Positions 19,081 through 28,401 of a stretch of 58,673 nucleotides of DNA are shown here, one piece after another. The stretch is from a virus. Its lineage: Duplodnaviria > Caudoviricetes. The notes under the pieces were generated by a model that saw only the letters and a list, made by a program, of their open reading frames with translations, had not been told where the DNA came from and made no database searches. The DNA is taken from the IMG/VR virus record IMGVR_UViG_3300030329_002153, positions 1 through 58,673 of that record, one strand, 5' to 3'. Within the stretch, counting starts at the first letter, position 1. Every line of letters starts with the position of its first letter. The translations under genes and the position numbers were made by a program.

Positions 19081-19441
19081 TGTCGGGCAGGGCGTCAGAG
19101 TAGACAGCGTACCCTTTCCGCTTCAGGTGCTTGGCGACCAGTCGCTCAAGGTGCAAGGCATCTTCGCTTGAGTATCCCACCAGCCTGCTGCTCATCCAGA
19201 TCGGGCTGATCCGTATGCCAAACTCTCGCACCAAGAAGGACGACGTGTCCTTCCCGTTCGTGAGCTTACCCTTGTGCTGGAGCCACCGCTCCTCTGGATC
19301 TATCCCGGTGACACCAACATAGAACGCACCCGACTTCTTTCTGACGTGCTTGTTCTTTCGAATGAACTTTGCAATTGCGGTTTTGTTTTTCTTGACTGCC
19401 TCCCAGTCAAGGCGAATGGCATACGCTTGGTACTCACTCAT
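19034..19441 (-). CDS. GIY-YIG-like domain protein
   Basis: YAI.L...FYVGVTG.DPEERW.QH, E.LVA..L..KGY; GGAGGTG RBS. Confidence 0.65.
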   Translation of the reverse strand: MSEYQAYAIRLDWEAVKKNKTAIAKFIRKNKHVRKKSGAFYVGVTGIDPEERWLQHKGKLTNGKDTSSFLVREFGIRISPIWMSSRLVGYSSEDALHLERLVAKHLKRKGYAVYSDALPDIIRKTQRARPQPSSG

Positions 19442-19634
19442 CGTCACCTCCGAACAGGAACTCAGTGATAGCTTCTGTAACCTCAGACACCTTCGCATTC
19501 TTGACCGTTAAGTTGCGGCCTATATTTCCGATCACCACCTTGCCGCCTTTTCCCAGAAGCCTAATAGTTACCCGAACACTTCCTTGGTTGTCGTCGTGCC
19601 GCTTTGGCTTGCCGCCTCTCTCAAACAGTGCCAT
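19434..19634 (-). CDS. Hypothetical protein
   Basis: 66-aa ORF in a tightly packed operon. Confidence 0.65.
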   Translation of the reverse strand: MALFERGGKPKRHDDNQGSVRVTIRLLGKGGKVVIGNIGRNLTVKNAKVSEVTEAITEFLFGGDDE

Positions 19635-19645
19635 GTCTGTACCTT

Positions 19646-19981
19646 TCAGTTGAGTTCGTAACCACCGTTGCCCATCCTATCCTTCAGGTAGGGCTTTAGT
19701 TCTTGCAGCAGGTCGGCCAGCAACTCGCTGGGCTGTTGGCCTATGGCCTCTGCGTCCTCCTCTTCGTCCTCCCTAGATGCGGTGATGATTCTGTAGTCAG
19801 CAGACGCAATGCTGTAACGAGACAGCCAAAGCGAGAGCAGCGAAGACTCTCGCGTGATGATGTCGGAGTTGATTGGCAGATTAGCCAGAAGCATCCGGAG
19901 CCTCTCCGCTGACTTCGCTACCCCCTCGATGGCCTTGGCCATCCTCTCCTCCGTCTCCTTCTTCAGTTCTTCTCTGGTCAT
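19646..19981 (-). CDS. Hypothetical protein
   Basis: 111-aa ORF with AGGA RBS. Confidence 0.7.
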   Translation of the reverse strand: MTREELKKETEERMAKAIEGVAKSAERLRMLLANLPINSDIITRESSLLSLWLSRYSIASADYRIITASREDEEEDAEAIGQQPSELLADLLQELKPYLKDRMGNGGYELN

Positions 19982-20276
19982 GCTTGTTCCTTTCTGGATC
20001 TAATATTGCAATCAACTCGTATATCCCGTTGAAGGATACATGAGTGTGATCGGTTTCGTATTCACTGGCTTGATGTACCCACAGCCCTTCCGCTACCCCA
20101 TCTCTTGGGGTGAACCATTCGATTACAACATTGCCAGTGCCATCAGCACACAGTTCGACACTTGCTCCCATCGGTCTCGACCTGTCCTTCGGTGGACCTT
20201 GGCATAGCCTGACCTCATAGTCTTCGATCAGGTTACACAACTCCACCAGACTTAACCCGCTCCCTGAGTTTGTCAT
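19881..20276 (-). CDS. Hypothetical protein
   Basis: Fills the gap between neighbours; start uncertain; overlaps both sides. Confidence 0.5.
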   Translation of the reverse strand: MTNSGSGLSLVELCNLIEDYEVRLCQGPPKDRSRPMGASVELCADGTGNVVIEWFTPRDGVAEGLWVHQASEYETDHTHVSFNGIYELIAILDPERNKHDQRRTEEGDGGEDGQGHRGGSEVSGEAPDASG

Positions 20277-21012
20277 CTTTCTTCCATGCCTTGTATGCTC
20301 GGGCACAGCGTTGGTCCTTCCATGGACGAGACCACCGTACCCTTCGCTTGGTAATCTTCCCTTCAGTAACGAACTTGTCTTCGACAGCGTCACTGATTTC
20401 CACCCACGTCTTGCCATGCTTGTCTCTCATATCGACAATCCACAGCATCATCTTCACCATTTCCACATCAGGTATCAGGTTCTTGTCCTTGCCACTGCCG
20501 TGAGTCCAGCCGAGTGGAGCATTGCAAGAATACTTCTTCCCTGATTTCTTCAGGACATCCAGCGCAGCCTTGGTCCTCTCTGACTTGACCCGTGATTCCC
20601 ACCGTGCCATCGCCGCCATGATGGTCACGAACAACTCACCGTTTGGTGACTTCACATCAACATTGATGTCAAGGAAGTGGGCGTTGATTCCTCGCTTCTC
20701 CCATAGGGACCATGTGTTGAGGAAGTCTCTCGTGTCCCTGAAGCCACGGTCTAGCCTGACGAACAGGACGTGGTCGCCCGGCTCAAGTGCGGTGTTCAGT
20801 GCCGCACCTTCTGGCCTCTGGAGCAGAGGCTTCTTGAATGCCGACACCCCTTCTTCCCTGAAGAATCCACCACGTTCGAGATCCTCATAGTCAATCTTGG
20901 TTCTGATGTATTCGAAGTACCGGTCGAGAGTCTTAGCCTGTCCCGATAAGGACAGACCAGACTCTGCCTGTTCTTCCGACGACACCCTGATGTAGCCGTA
21001 GGCTTTAGGCAC
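20233..21012 (-). CDS. Serine recombinase (resolvase/invertase family)
   Basis: YGYIRVSSEEQ catalytic Ser, RPEG, RLDRGFR, E...KSERTK. Confidence 0.93.
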   Translation of the reverse strand: MPKAYGYIRVSSEEQAESGLSLSGQAKTLDRYFEYIRTKIDYEDLERGGFFREEGVSAFKKPLLQRPEGAALNTALEPGDHVLFVRLDRGFRDTRDFLNTWSLWEKRGINAHFLDINVDVKSPNGELFVTIMAAMARWESRVKSERTKAALDVLKKSGKKYSCNAPLGWTHGSGKDKNLIPDVEMVKMMLWIVDMRDKHGKTWVEISDAVEDKFVTEGKITKRRVRWSRPWKDQRCARAYKAWKKDDKLRERVKSGGVV

Positions 21013-21108
21013 TGGGCTTCTCCCCTAATGCAAGGCTTGACCATGGCATGTTCCCCTCTCTCAGTTTGCAGTAGACATCTATCAGTACAGTCACCACCTC
21101 GCTACCCA

Positions 21109-21543
21109 TTACATTGCTCCCAACAGTTTCGTTGCCACAGCTTGTCGGTAATGTTGGTCTAATCCTCCGGGGTCTCCGACATTACTAACCCAGAGGTGTT
21201 CAGCAAGTCGTCCAATCTTGCACGATGTGCCATCCCACCACCGTTCACCACACCAACAGGTGATGCTACCTCCCACATGGTCACCCAGTAAGGCAGCCCA
21301 GCTGCCAGACCAGAGTTGTGTGGTACACCCCGGCGTTTCACTGTATGGACCAGAGTATTGTCTGGATGGCTGGCTGGTGTGTTCGGAACGGTAGTTCCCA
21401 TACACAAGGTGTGCCGCCAGTTGCAGCCAGCAACCTTGGCGTTCCGGAAGGAACAGGTTCTCATCCCTGATCCACCTCTCCGTGTCCTCACCACCCTCGA
21501 ATACCATGCCGCAGACGGGGCACCAGCATGTTCTACTTTCCAT
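21109..21543 (-). CDS. Cys/His zinc-finger-like protein (paralogue of 23751-24200)
   Basis: WCPVCG, LAAHL, CWCG, EHL. Confidence 0.65.
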   Translation of the reverse strand: MESRTCWCPVCGMVFEGGEDTERWIRDENLFLPERQGCWLQLAAHLVYGNYRSEHTSQPSRQYSGPYSETPGCTTQLWSGSWAALLGDHVGGSITCWCGERWWDGTSCKIGRLAEHLWVSNVGDPGGLDQHYRQAVATKLLGAM

Positions 21544-21853
21544 TGCTCTTCCACTCCTCTGACAAGAGGCAGTACACCCAAGAACCCAACACTAGTAACG
21601 TAAGCGTTCCGTAGTTTAGCTCGCCAATATCCATTGTCAATCTCCATGAGGAGTTGGTTGTAAGAATCCGCGCCATGGTTGGTCGGGTAGAACTTGCGGT
21701 TAGTTCCGGAGGACCACAGTCAAGATGAACTGTGGGGTGGCTTGCTGAACCACCCACCCTGCGGCACTCATGGCTTACCGGCCCCTTGGCTACAACATTA
21801 CTGCCAATGACAACAGTTGCTTCGCCATGTCGAACGGGGCAGTCCGTAGCCAC
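21533..21853 (-). CDS. Hypothetical protein with C-terminal TM segment (possibly two short genes)
   Basis: Coupled to neighbours; LTLLVLGSWVYCLL. Confidence 0.45.
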   Translation of the reverse strand: MATDCPVRHGEATVVIGSNVVAKGPVSHECRRVGGSASHPTVHLDCGPPELTASSTRPTMARILTTNSSWRLTMDIGELNYGTLTLLVLGSWVYCLLSEEWKSNGK

Positions 21854-22611
21854 TAGAAGGACCGCAGCAGTTCAGCCGTCAACTCCTTCCGCTCCCTAAC
21901 CTTGGCACCGTGCCGAAGGTTCGAACCGGGAGACACGTTCATCACCCTTCGGTTTGTAACTCGAATGTTGTTGGAAACCAGACGGTCAGCCATCAACGTG
22001 GGGTCGTTGTATTGACTACGCTCTTCGTTCAAGTCGTGGTCTTTGTCCCGTCTCCACGTCAGCTTTCCGTCAGCTTTTCTGGCAACTGCTTCGTAGATAA
22101 AACAGCCCCAAGACTTGTTATAGTTATCGCATGTGGCATCACTGTGAACGAACCCAATGACCTCACCTTCCTCTGGAATCCAGAGGTCGTCTGGCTCAAC
22201 GTCCCACTCCTCGATGATTGAGAGGTTCCCACATCCACAGCAAGCCACCCGGTGCCCATCCCTTCCATGGGTCGGGGTTGCCATCCACTGGGTGTAATCG
22301 TTCTGTGTATGTTTCATACCGAACTCCCAGTCCTCCACATGTTCAGGGAAATGTTGCTTCCGTCCCTCAAGAGGGACCAGTGCAACTGCGACGTTCACAG
22401 CGTAAACCGTGGCACGTCTCCCGGTGTTGTCGGTGTTGATAGGCGATCCAATCAGATCCTTGCCCGACTTCTCGACCCCCTTGCCCCTCATTCCCAACGC
22501 ATTGCAGTATGGGCACTGCTTCCACATCCAGAACCCTTGCTGGCCCCACCGATCACACAGATCGTTCTCAGCAAATGGTGCTTCACGGTTTCCGAGTTTC
22601 CAATTAGTCAT
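21853..22611 (-). CDS. Hypothetical protein with CxxC pairs
   Basis: 252 aa; CPYC and CCGC; GAGGA RBS. Confidence 0.75.
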   Translation of the reverse strand: MTNWKLGNREAPFAENDLCDRWGQQGFWMWKQCPYCNALGMRGKGVEKSGKDLIGSPINTDNTGRRATVYAVNVAVALVPLEGRKQHFPEHVEDWEFGMKHTQNDYTQWMATPTHGRDGHRVACCGCGNLSIIEEWDVEPDDLWIPEEGEVIGFVHSDATCDNYNKSWGCFIYEAVARKADGKLTWRRDKDHDLNEERSQYNDPTLMADRLVSNNIRVTNRRVMNVSPGSNLRHGAKVRERKELTAELLRSF

Positions 22612-22651
22612 CGCAAAATCCTCGCTTGAAAAAAAACCTGATGGGATTCCC

Positions 22652-23326
22652 CTACTGGGTTGCTTCCGGTAAACCTACAGCAACCCAGTAGGAGAACCCG
22701 AAGCTAACAGATCGTCGCAGAAATGAGTTGAACCTGCCGTCCCCGATAGCATGCTCATGGAGTGCGGCGTGGTACTCCTCTTCGAGCTTGCATCTCTTGA
22801 CGATACCTTGGATCGTCTCGGACACCGGCAGTTCACTGATAGACTTCAGTTCTCCGGACACAATCTTCTCGTAAAGTTCCCTTCCTAGAAGGGGGATGCC
22901 GTCAGACATCCTGTCAACCATGTCGTGCAGCTTGCCGCCATCGTCATCCTCACCACCAACCAAGTTCCAGAGGCTGGCATATGCCATGCTGGTTTTCATT
23001 GACCAAGTCAACACGAACCGCAAGGCATCTTCGAAGGTGTACTGAGGAACAGGGTAACCCTCCGCTTCGTAGTCTGCTTCGATGGGGCGACGGACGAACT
23101 CGTCTGTTGCCAAGTCCACATCACATCCGAACCGAGTGAAGTCTCGGAGGAATGTTTCTTGCAACTGCCAGAAGTCTCCCTCTGGGAGGTAGCCAAGGGC
23201 ACCGACCCAGTCATGGAGTGCCTTCTGATATCTGTCTTCGAAGTCTAGGAACTGTAACGCTGCCTCAGCAGCACGCTTCTGTAGCACCGTGGTGCTTGGT
23301 TTCCACTTGTCAGCTTTGTACTTCAT
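22652..23326 (-). CDS. Hypothetical protein
   Basis: 224-aa ORF; GGAGGTG upstream. Confidence 0.75.
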   Translation of the reverse strand: MKYKADKWKPSTTVLQKRAAEAALQFLDFEDRYQKALHDWVGALGYLPEGDFWQLQETFLRDFTRFGCDVDLATDEFVRRPIEADYEAEGYPVPQYTFEDALRFVLTWSMKTSMAYASLWNLVGGEDDDGGKLHDMVDRMSDGIPLLGRELYEKIVSGELKSISELPVSETIQGIVKRCKLEEEYHAALHEHAIGDGRFNSFLRRSVSFGFSYWVAVGLPEATQ

Positions 23327-23564
23327 CCTTCACCTCCTCACTGCAAACAAAACATTGGGCTGGACTGGTCACTTGGACCACACGAAATCCAAGTGCCACA
23401 ATGTCGGACAGATCCACTCTGGTCAGACACTTCCTCCCGGTCAGCCTGACGAAACGCTTAGCGTTCTCACACACTGGGTAGATTCTCTCCACCCCGTATA
23501 TCTCTCGAACTTTGAACAGAACTTTCTTTGGTGTGTCAAAGGAAAGTTGTTTCACATCGTCCAT
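23310..23564 (-). CDS. Conserved small phage protein
   Basis: VREIYGVERIYPVCENAKRFVRLTGRKCLT motif; GGAGG RBS. Confidence 0.7.
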   Translation of the reverse strand: MDDVKQLSFDTPKKVLFKVREIYGVERIYPVCENAKRFVRLTGRKCLTRVDLSDIVALGFRVVQVTSPAQCFVCSEEVKDEVQS

Positions 23565-23749
23565 TGTCTTGATCCTCCACAAGCCTTGCGAAATTTGTGA
23601 ACGTCGAAGTTTGGGTTGGTGGCATGGAATGCCCACTCCAAACGCTCGACTAATTCTGTCCCGAGATCCTCCGGTGAACGGAAGTCCAAGATGTCCTTCC
23701 GCAACCCTCTGATGACACCGGCAATCAACTCGAACTCTTTCTTTCCCAT
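23552..23749 (-). CDS. Conserved small phage protein
   Basis: KKEFELIA...NPNFD..KFRKAC motif. Confidence 0.7.
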   Translation of the reverse strand: MGKKEFELIAGVIRGLRKDILDFRSPEDLGTELVERLEWAFHATNPNFDVHKFRKACGGSRQWTM

Positions 23750-23750
23750 G

Positions 23751-24200
23751 CTACATCTCCGATAAAATGTTAGTTGCAAGTCCACGTCTCAGGTGCTGAC
23801 CAAGGTCAGCTTGGGAAGCCAAGTGCCTCCCGATTCCACCAGCCGAACCCTTCTTTCCACAGAAACATTTCATGTTGGCAACCGTCAAACCATATTGCGT
23901 ATCGTTCCAAACTGATCCTTCCATGTTGTGTTTTTCCACCATGTGGACAGCAAGATTCTTCCAAGTCTTGCAGACAGCACCGCACAGCGGGCACCAAGGT
24001 GCCTTGGGTTTCTTCTTCGGCACTCCTTCCTTTGTGATAACAGGGTAATGCTCTTCGACGTACCGCTTCAGCTTGGCAATGTAGGATCGAAACGATCCCC
24101 TTGCATTCCGTCTGGTGATCCGAGTCTCTGACTCAGCCAGTCGCTTGAGAACTGCAAGCAACTCTGCTTCCAGTGAAGGCTTAGCCTTACGCTTAGCCAT
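23751..24200 (-). CDS. C2H2-like zinc-finger protein
   Basis: WCPLCG...LAVHMVEKH and CFCG...RHL; GGAGG RBS. Confidence 0.7.
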   Translation of the reverse strand: MAKRKAKPSLEAELLAVLKRLAESETRITRRNARGSFRSYIAKLKRYVEEHYPVITKEGVPKKKPKAPWCPLCGAVCKTWKNLAVHMVEKHNMEGSVWNDTQYGLTVANMKCFCGKKGSAGGIGRHLASQADLGQHLRRGLATNILSEM

Positions 24201-24274
24201 TACTTGTCCTCCCCTTTCTCATCGTCTTCTGGGAAACACTCCTCGCAGTAGCAGATTGGCAGGCCACAACCCAT
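24200..24274 (-). CDS. 24-aa four-Cys microprotein (MGCGLPICYCEECFPEDDEKGEDK)
   Basis: GGAGG RBS within the end of the vWA gene; stop overlaps the next ATG. Confidence 0.45.
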   Translation of the reverse strand: MGCGLPICYCEECFPEDDEKGEDK

Positions 24275-25705
24275 CTATCTTTCCTCCAACACAACAGTCT
24301 TTGCCCAGTCGGGCACTCGGTACTTCCTGCCTGACTCAGTCAGACACACCACCATCTCGGCATCAATCTCTTGGCTAGGCCAAGGAGTGTAACCGTCAGT
24401 GATAACAATCACTGCATCGGGTGGGTTCCTGTCATCCATGACATCTTCAACGATCCGTCCCATGTCGGTGCCACGACCACCTGCCAGAACAACCTGTTCT
24501 GGACGGAACACTTTGTCACACTCAGCCTTGCAGACATCTCCGGTGACAACAGTCACCCCTTCAGGGATGTCGTTCACCACTTCGCCAACCACTCCCAGTG
24601 CTTGACCAAGTTCCTTGGTTGACATAGAGGCAGAGGTGTCAACGATCACCGTAACCAACGGGGTTGGTTCGATGTAGGCTGGCAGTCTCATGCCAGTCGG
24701 CTGCCGGTGGTTGGGCTTAGCCCAAGTGTAATCACCGTAGCCACGCTTGGTGTTCACTGCATATCGGCAAGCAGCAGTCAGTTCATCCAGAGGATTCACT
24801 TTAGGCTGGATGATTTCTTCGGCATGCCGAGCAAGGTTGCCAGCAACATCACCAACATTCTTCTCGTCATGTTCCTTGATGTCCCTAGCGACTTGTCGCT
24901 CAACCATATCCCGTTCGTTCTCAGACAGCCCCGGCTCTTCCTCGCTGGGTGGTCCTTGTTCCCAAGGACGTTCCTTTCCATCGGCTGCCGATCCACCGAA
25001 CGGTGGCTTGGGTCCGGTGTATTCCTCATCACCACTCCCACTGCCACCACCTTGTGGTTCACCCTCACCCTCTTCTGAGGGTTCACCCTCTGCCTCACCA
25101 CCTTGCGGCTCAGACTCACCCTCTTCTGAGGGTCCGTCACCACTCTGCGGTTCACCCTCACCCCCTTGAGGGTCACCACCCTGCGGTTCACCCTGCGGTG
25201 GTGGTTCCTCTTCCCCTTGTTCCTCAAGGGCACGGTAGTATTCGATGGCTGTCATGTTGGAGTCAGCATCGAACCCGTACTTCTCGGGAAGGTAACAACC
25301 TTCCGGCAATGTTACCTTGAGAACCTTGGTTCTCTGGTTGGGATCAGGTCGGGACTTCGTCTGCCGTAGGGTCTGGTTGATAACCAAGTCCGTTGCAATG
25401 TTCCACAAGTGGAACTGTTTATCCGAAGGCTGCTCACCAAGGAACATCTTCACCACTTCGTGGTGACGCAACAGGTAGTGCATCACCTCATGAAGCAGCA
25501 CAGCAGCACACTCTTCGAGTGTCCACTGTCCCAGTACGACAGGGTCGTAGTAAATCCTGCCGTACTGGTCGACACACATCGTCTCGATTCCCGGTCTTTC
25601 AAGGACCGGCATCGTCATCGTCAGCTTGCTGAGGTACGGCATCAAGCGGTGTGCTTTGTACCGGACTTCAGTCATGGTGTAGTCACCGGTTTGTGTTTTC
25701 AACAC
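24275..25705 (-). CDS. Metallopeptidase + vWA domain protein (DUF2201-like)
   Basis: HEVMH, WNIATDLVIN, acidic EGEPQGG linker, MIDAS VDTSASM, GTD, ITDG. Confidence 0.9.
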   Translation of the reverse strand: MLKTQTGDYTMTEVRYKAHRLMPYLSKLTMTMPVLERPGIETMCVDQYGRIYYDPVVLGQWTLEECAAVLLHEVMHYLLRHHEVVKMFLGEQPSDKQFHLWNIATDLVINQTLRQTKSRPDPNQRTKVLKVTLPEGCYLPEKYGFDADSNMTAIEYYRALEEQGEEEPPPQGEPQGGDPQGGEGEPQSGDGPSEEGESEPQGGEAEGEPSEEGEGEPQGGGSGSGDEEYTGPKPPFGGSAADGKERPWEQGPPSEEEPGLSENERDMVERQVARDIKEHDEKNVGDVAGNLARHAEEIIQPKVNPLDELTAACRYAVNTKRGYGDYTWAKPNHRQPTGMRLPAYIEPTPLVTVIVDTSASMSTKELGQALGVVGEVVNDIPEGVTVVTGDVCKAECDKVFRPEQVVLAGGRGTDMGRIVEDVMDDRNPPDAVIVITDGYTPWPSQEIDAEMVVCLTESGRKYRVPDWAKTVVLEER

Positions 25706-25749
25706 AGTATTGTCCTCACTTCGTTGTTGGTTGGTGTCCAGCCAAGTGA

Positions 25750-26967
25750 TTACTTGGCACCGTTTTCCTCTTCGAGACAACGACCGAACAGGTTCCACAC
25801 ATCGTGTGTCAACTGCTCATCAGCAGACCACTTCCCGTCCTTGACTTCGTCGATACGGAACAGGGGACCAGCACAAGACAAGGACACTTCCTTGTCGTGT
25901 GATGCTGCTGCCGACAGAATGCTGCAAGCAGCATCCCATCGTGGCCTGTTCTTGTCTGCAAGAACCCTTGCAGTCACAGCACCAAGCATGGCTTGGACCT
26001 GATCAGCACGACCGGGGTGGTCGTAGTCTGCTTGGCGACCAGCCTTGGCTGCCGACATGAACTCAAGCAACATTGCTTCAGGGTCGGGCAGATCCAACTG
26101 GTCAAGGTACTCGAAGAATTCGAGAGCATAGGTTTTCCCGACAAGACCTTCGCAAAGCTCTCGCTTCAGCGATTCGTCACCGGGATACGCTGCTTCAGCA
26201 GCAGCAGCAGCTTCGACATACATGGTCCAAGTCCTCATGCTTGGCCATGGTCCAGACAGTTGAGACCGAGACAACTTACCGTTGTCATCCTTCGGCATCT
26301 CGAAAGCCTCTGGCTTACGCTTCCTGAAGGCAGCCACTTGGCTGCCGATCAGAGGAAGGTTGGTTCGCCAGCTTGCTGGCAACTTGGTGAACTCGGGATT
26401 GGGAAACTCCAATCCGTTGAGCAAGCCTTGCTCCCAAGTCTGCCATGGAGTGGACCACTTGTGGTGGTACATCCTGTTTGCCATCGGTGCTTCCAACGGT
26501 ACACCGTTGGCAGCGGACTCGACTGGGTTGCCAGCAGCAACCAAGATGGTGTCATCAGGGAGTTTCATGTCCCCAATTTTCCGTTCGGTCAAGACCGACA
26601 GCAGTGCCGCTTGCACTGCCCTAGGGCAGGAACCAAGCTCGTCGTTGAACAGAAGCGTAGGCTTCTCGGCAGCGTCAACAGCGTACTTCGGCGGAACAAT
26701 TGAGACGAACACCTTCGTCTCTTCCCGGCCATCAGGGTACACCGTCACTGTCTCGGCGGTTTCAGGGAAACCCTTGATTTCTGCCGGGTCGTTCTGGGTT
26801 CCCAACAGTTGATAACAACTGTAACCAATTGCCTTGGCAAACGCCTCAATTACACGAGACTTGCCAGCACCGGGGTCAGCAATCCCATAAGGGATCACAC
26901 CACCAGTGGGCGACCCGATCTGGGTCTGTGCCATCAAGAAAAATGCAGCATTGTCGTGACGAACCAT
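25750..26967 (-). CDS. MoxR-like AAA+ ATPase
   Basis: Walker A DPGAGKS, Walker B LFNDE, AAGNP, MANR; adjacent to the vWA gene. Confidence 0.9.
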   Translation of the reverse strand: MVRHDNAAFFLMAQTQIGSPTGGVIPYGIADPGAGKSRVIEAFAKAIGYSCYQLLGTQNDPAEIKGFPETAETVTVYPDGREETKVFVSIVPPKYAVDAAEKPTLLFNDELGSCPRAVQAALLSVLTERKIGDMKLPDDTILVAAGNPVESAANGVPLEAPMANRMYHHKWSTPWQTWEQGLLNGLEFPNPEFTKLPASWRTNLPLIGSQVAAFRKRKPEAFEMPKDDNGKLSRSQLSGPWPSMRTWTMYVEAAAAAEAAYPGDESLKRELCEGLVGKTYALEFFEYLDQLDLPDPEAMLLEFMSAAKAGRQADYDHPGRADQVQAMLGAVTARVLADKNRPRWDAACSILSAAASHDKEVSLSCAGPLFRIDEVKDGKWSADEQLTHDVWNLFGRCLEEENGAK

Positions 26968-27013
26968 GGTAGCAAACTCCAAAATCGAAACTCGAAACAG
27001 GTAACACTCCCTC

Positions 27014-27066
27014 CCCTCACCTCAAGGGGGGTCGTAAGACTCCCCCCCCTTGAGGATGAGGTGAGG
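27014..27066. repeat. Conserved intergenic stem-loop, copy A
   Basis: cctcacctcaagggg-gtcgtaagac-t-ccccttgagg; near-identical to 28286-28327. Confidence 0.85.
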
Positions 27067-27074
27067 TAGTGGTC

Positions 27075-27941
27075 TCACATCTCGGCCAACAGTGCCGTAG
27101 CAGCAGTGGCCTCCGCTTGCTTGGCAGCACTTTCCAGTGCCGTAAGCGTCTCACCGAGTAGCGTTTCATAACGCTTCACCTTCTGTCGAAGGGCAACAGA
27201 CTCAGCTTTGCGGTTGGTCAAGGCACGTTTGCCTTGTCCATCGGACACAGCATCAGTGATGCGGTCCACTTCAACACTCACTTCGTGAGTCAGAGCATCT
27301 CTGACAGCACGGACAGCATCTTCGTCGAACTCGTATTCGAGTTGGTAAACACAGACACCTTCGCCAACAGACTCGAACTTGTCGGCAATGTCTCTCCACA
27401 TCTCCACCCTATGGGGTGGAATACTGTAGATCCCACCAGTGGGACGGAGACTGACACCGTCACAGACTGTGGTGGCAATGCTCTTCAGAGCAGCACCGAC
27501 AGCATGCTGTGGCAGCATCCGTTTGTATGCCACAAAGTGTTCGGCAATCATTGCCCTGTCCACTGGGTGGACTTCGTTGCCATCCATGTCCCTTGCAGGG
27601 ACTATTGCAAGTCCGGTGAGGACACCGTTGGACTTGGTACATCTCGCTGTGAACAGCGGTTCGTACTCGTTGATGGCATCATTCCGTTTGACCAGTGCCA
27701 CTTCGAATCCGTTCTTCGAACGGTCGGTGTGAGGCTGGACAATGTAGTCCCGTTCGGAGTCCCCCCGAAGGAAGATACAGTATGCTGCCAAGGCAGCATT
27801 CAAGGCAGAATCGTCCGTCCTATTCTTGGGAACGTGGGACTTCAGTCCCTCCCCAATAGCCTCTATGAGGCTGTCCCTGTCCACCTCTGAACAGGACCAG
27901 TAGGTGACTCGACCAACAGCGTTGGTAGTGTGAACATTCAT
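27075..27941 (-). CDS. DUF6744/DUF3150-like protein associated with the MoxR-vWA module
   Basis: G.VTYWS, GVSLRPTGGIY.IP, C-terminal helical region; position upstream of the AAA gene. Confidence 0.65.
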   Translation of the reverse strand: MNVHTTNAVGRVTYWSCSEVDRDSLIEAIGEGLKSHVPKNRTDDSALNAALAAYCIFLRGDSERDYIVQPHTDRSKNGFEVALVKRNDAINEYEPLFTARCTKSNGVLTGLAIVPARDMDGNEVHPVDRAMIAEHFVAYKRMLPQHAVGAALKSIATTVCDGVSLRPTGGIYSIPPHRVEMWRDIADKFESVGEGVCVYQLEYEFDEDAVRAVRDALTHEVSVEVDRITDAVSDGQGKRALTNRKAESVALRQKVKRYETLLGETLTALESAAKQAEATAATALLAEM

Positions 27942-27983
27942 CGCAAAATCCTCCACTTGGTTGTGACCACCATGGTGGTCTGA

Positions 27984-28250
27984 TTAGAAGTCGATCTCGG
28001 CATCGTGGTCGTGAGCAAGCTGAACAATTGGCACCCCGGTTTGCTTGGCGAAGTCCTCCATTGCCGTGGACTTGCAATGTCCGGGGTCCGCAGGGGGCAA
28101 GGCAAGGACCACGATGAATTCGTCAGCATTCAAGTCGACAACGTCGACAAGATCCTCACCGATGTTGCTCGGCTGATCCACCGGATCAGTAAGAGGCAAC
28201 AGCAGTTGCCGTTCGGGGAATGAGAGTCGCAGTTGTTTGGTGGCTGGCAT
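27984..28250 (-). CDS. Hypothetical protein
   Basis: 88 aa from ATG 28250 with GGAGG RBS. Confidence 0.6.
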   Translation of the reverse strand: MPATKQLRLSFPERQLLLPLTDPVDQPSNIGEDLVDVVDLNADEFIVVLALPPADPGHCKSTAMEDFAKQTGVPIVQLAHDHDAEIDF

Positions 28251-28285
28251 CGTCGCTGTCCTCCGGTTCGGTGTTGTTGTGTCCC

Positions 28286-28327
28286 CCCTCACCTCAAGGG
28301 GTCGTAAGACTCCCCCTTGAGGTGAGG
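28286..28327. repeat. Conserved intergenic stem-loop, copy B
   Basis: cctcacctcaaggg-gtcgtaagac-t-cccccttgaggtgagg. Confidence 0.85.
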
Positions 28328-28401
28328 TGGGCCACCACATCCAATTCTCTGGCTGTCTCCCCCCGGTCTCATGGTCCATGAGACTGATGCGAGGGGGCAG
28401 G

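Noticed and set aside
20233-21012. Serine recombinase as a Gin/Cin-type tail-fibre invertase
   Set aside because: It lies about 29 kb from the fibre, there is no inverted fibre cassette, and the flanking duplicates are direct and diverged.
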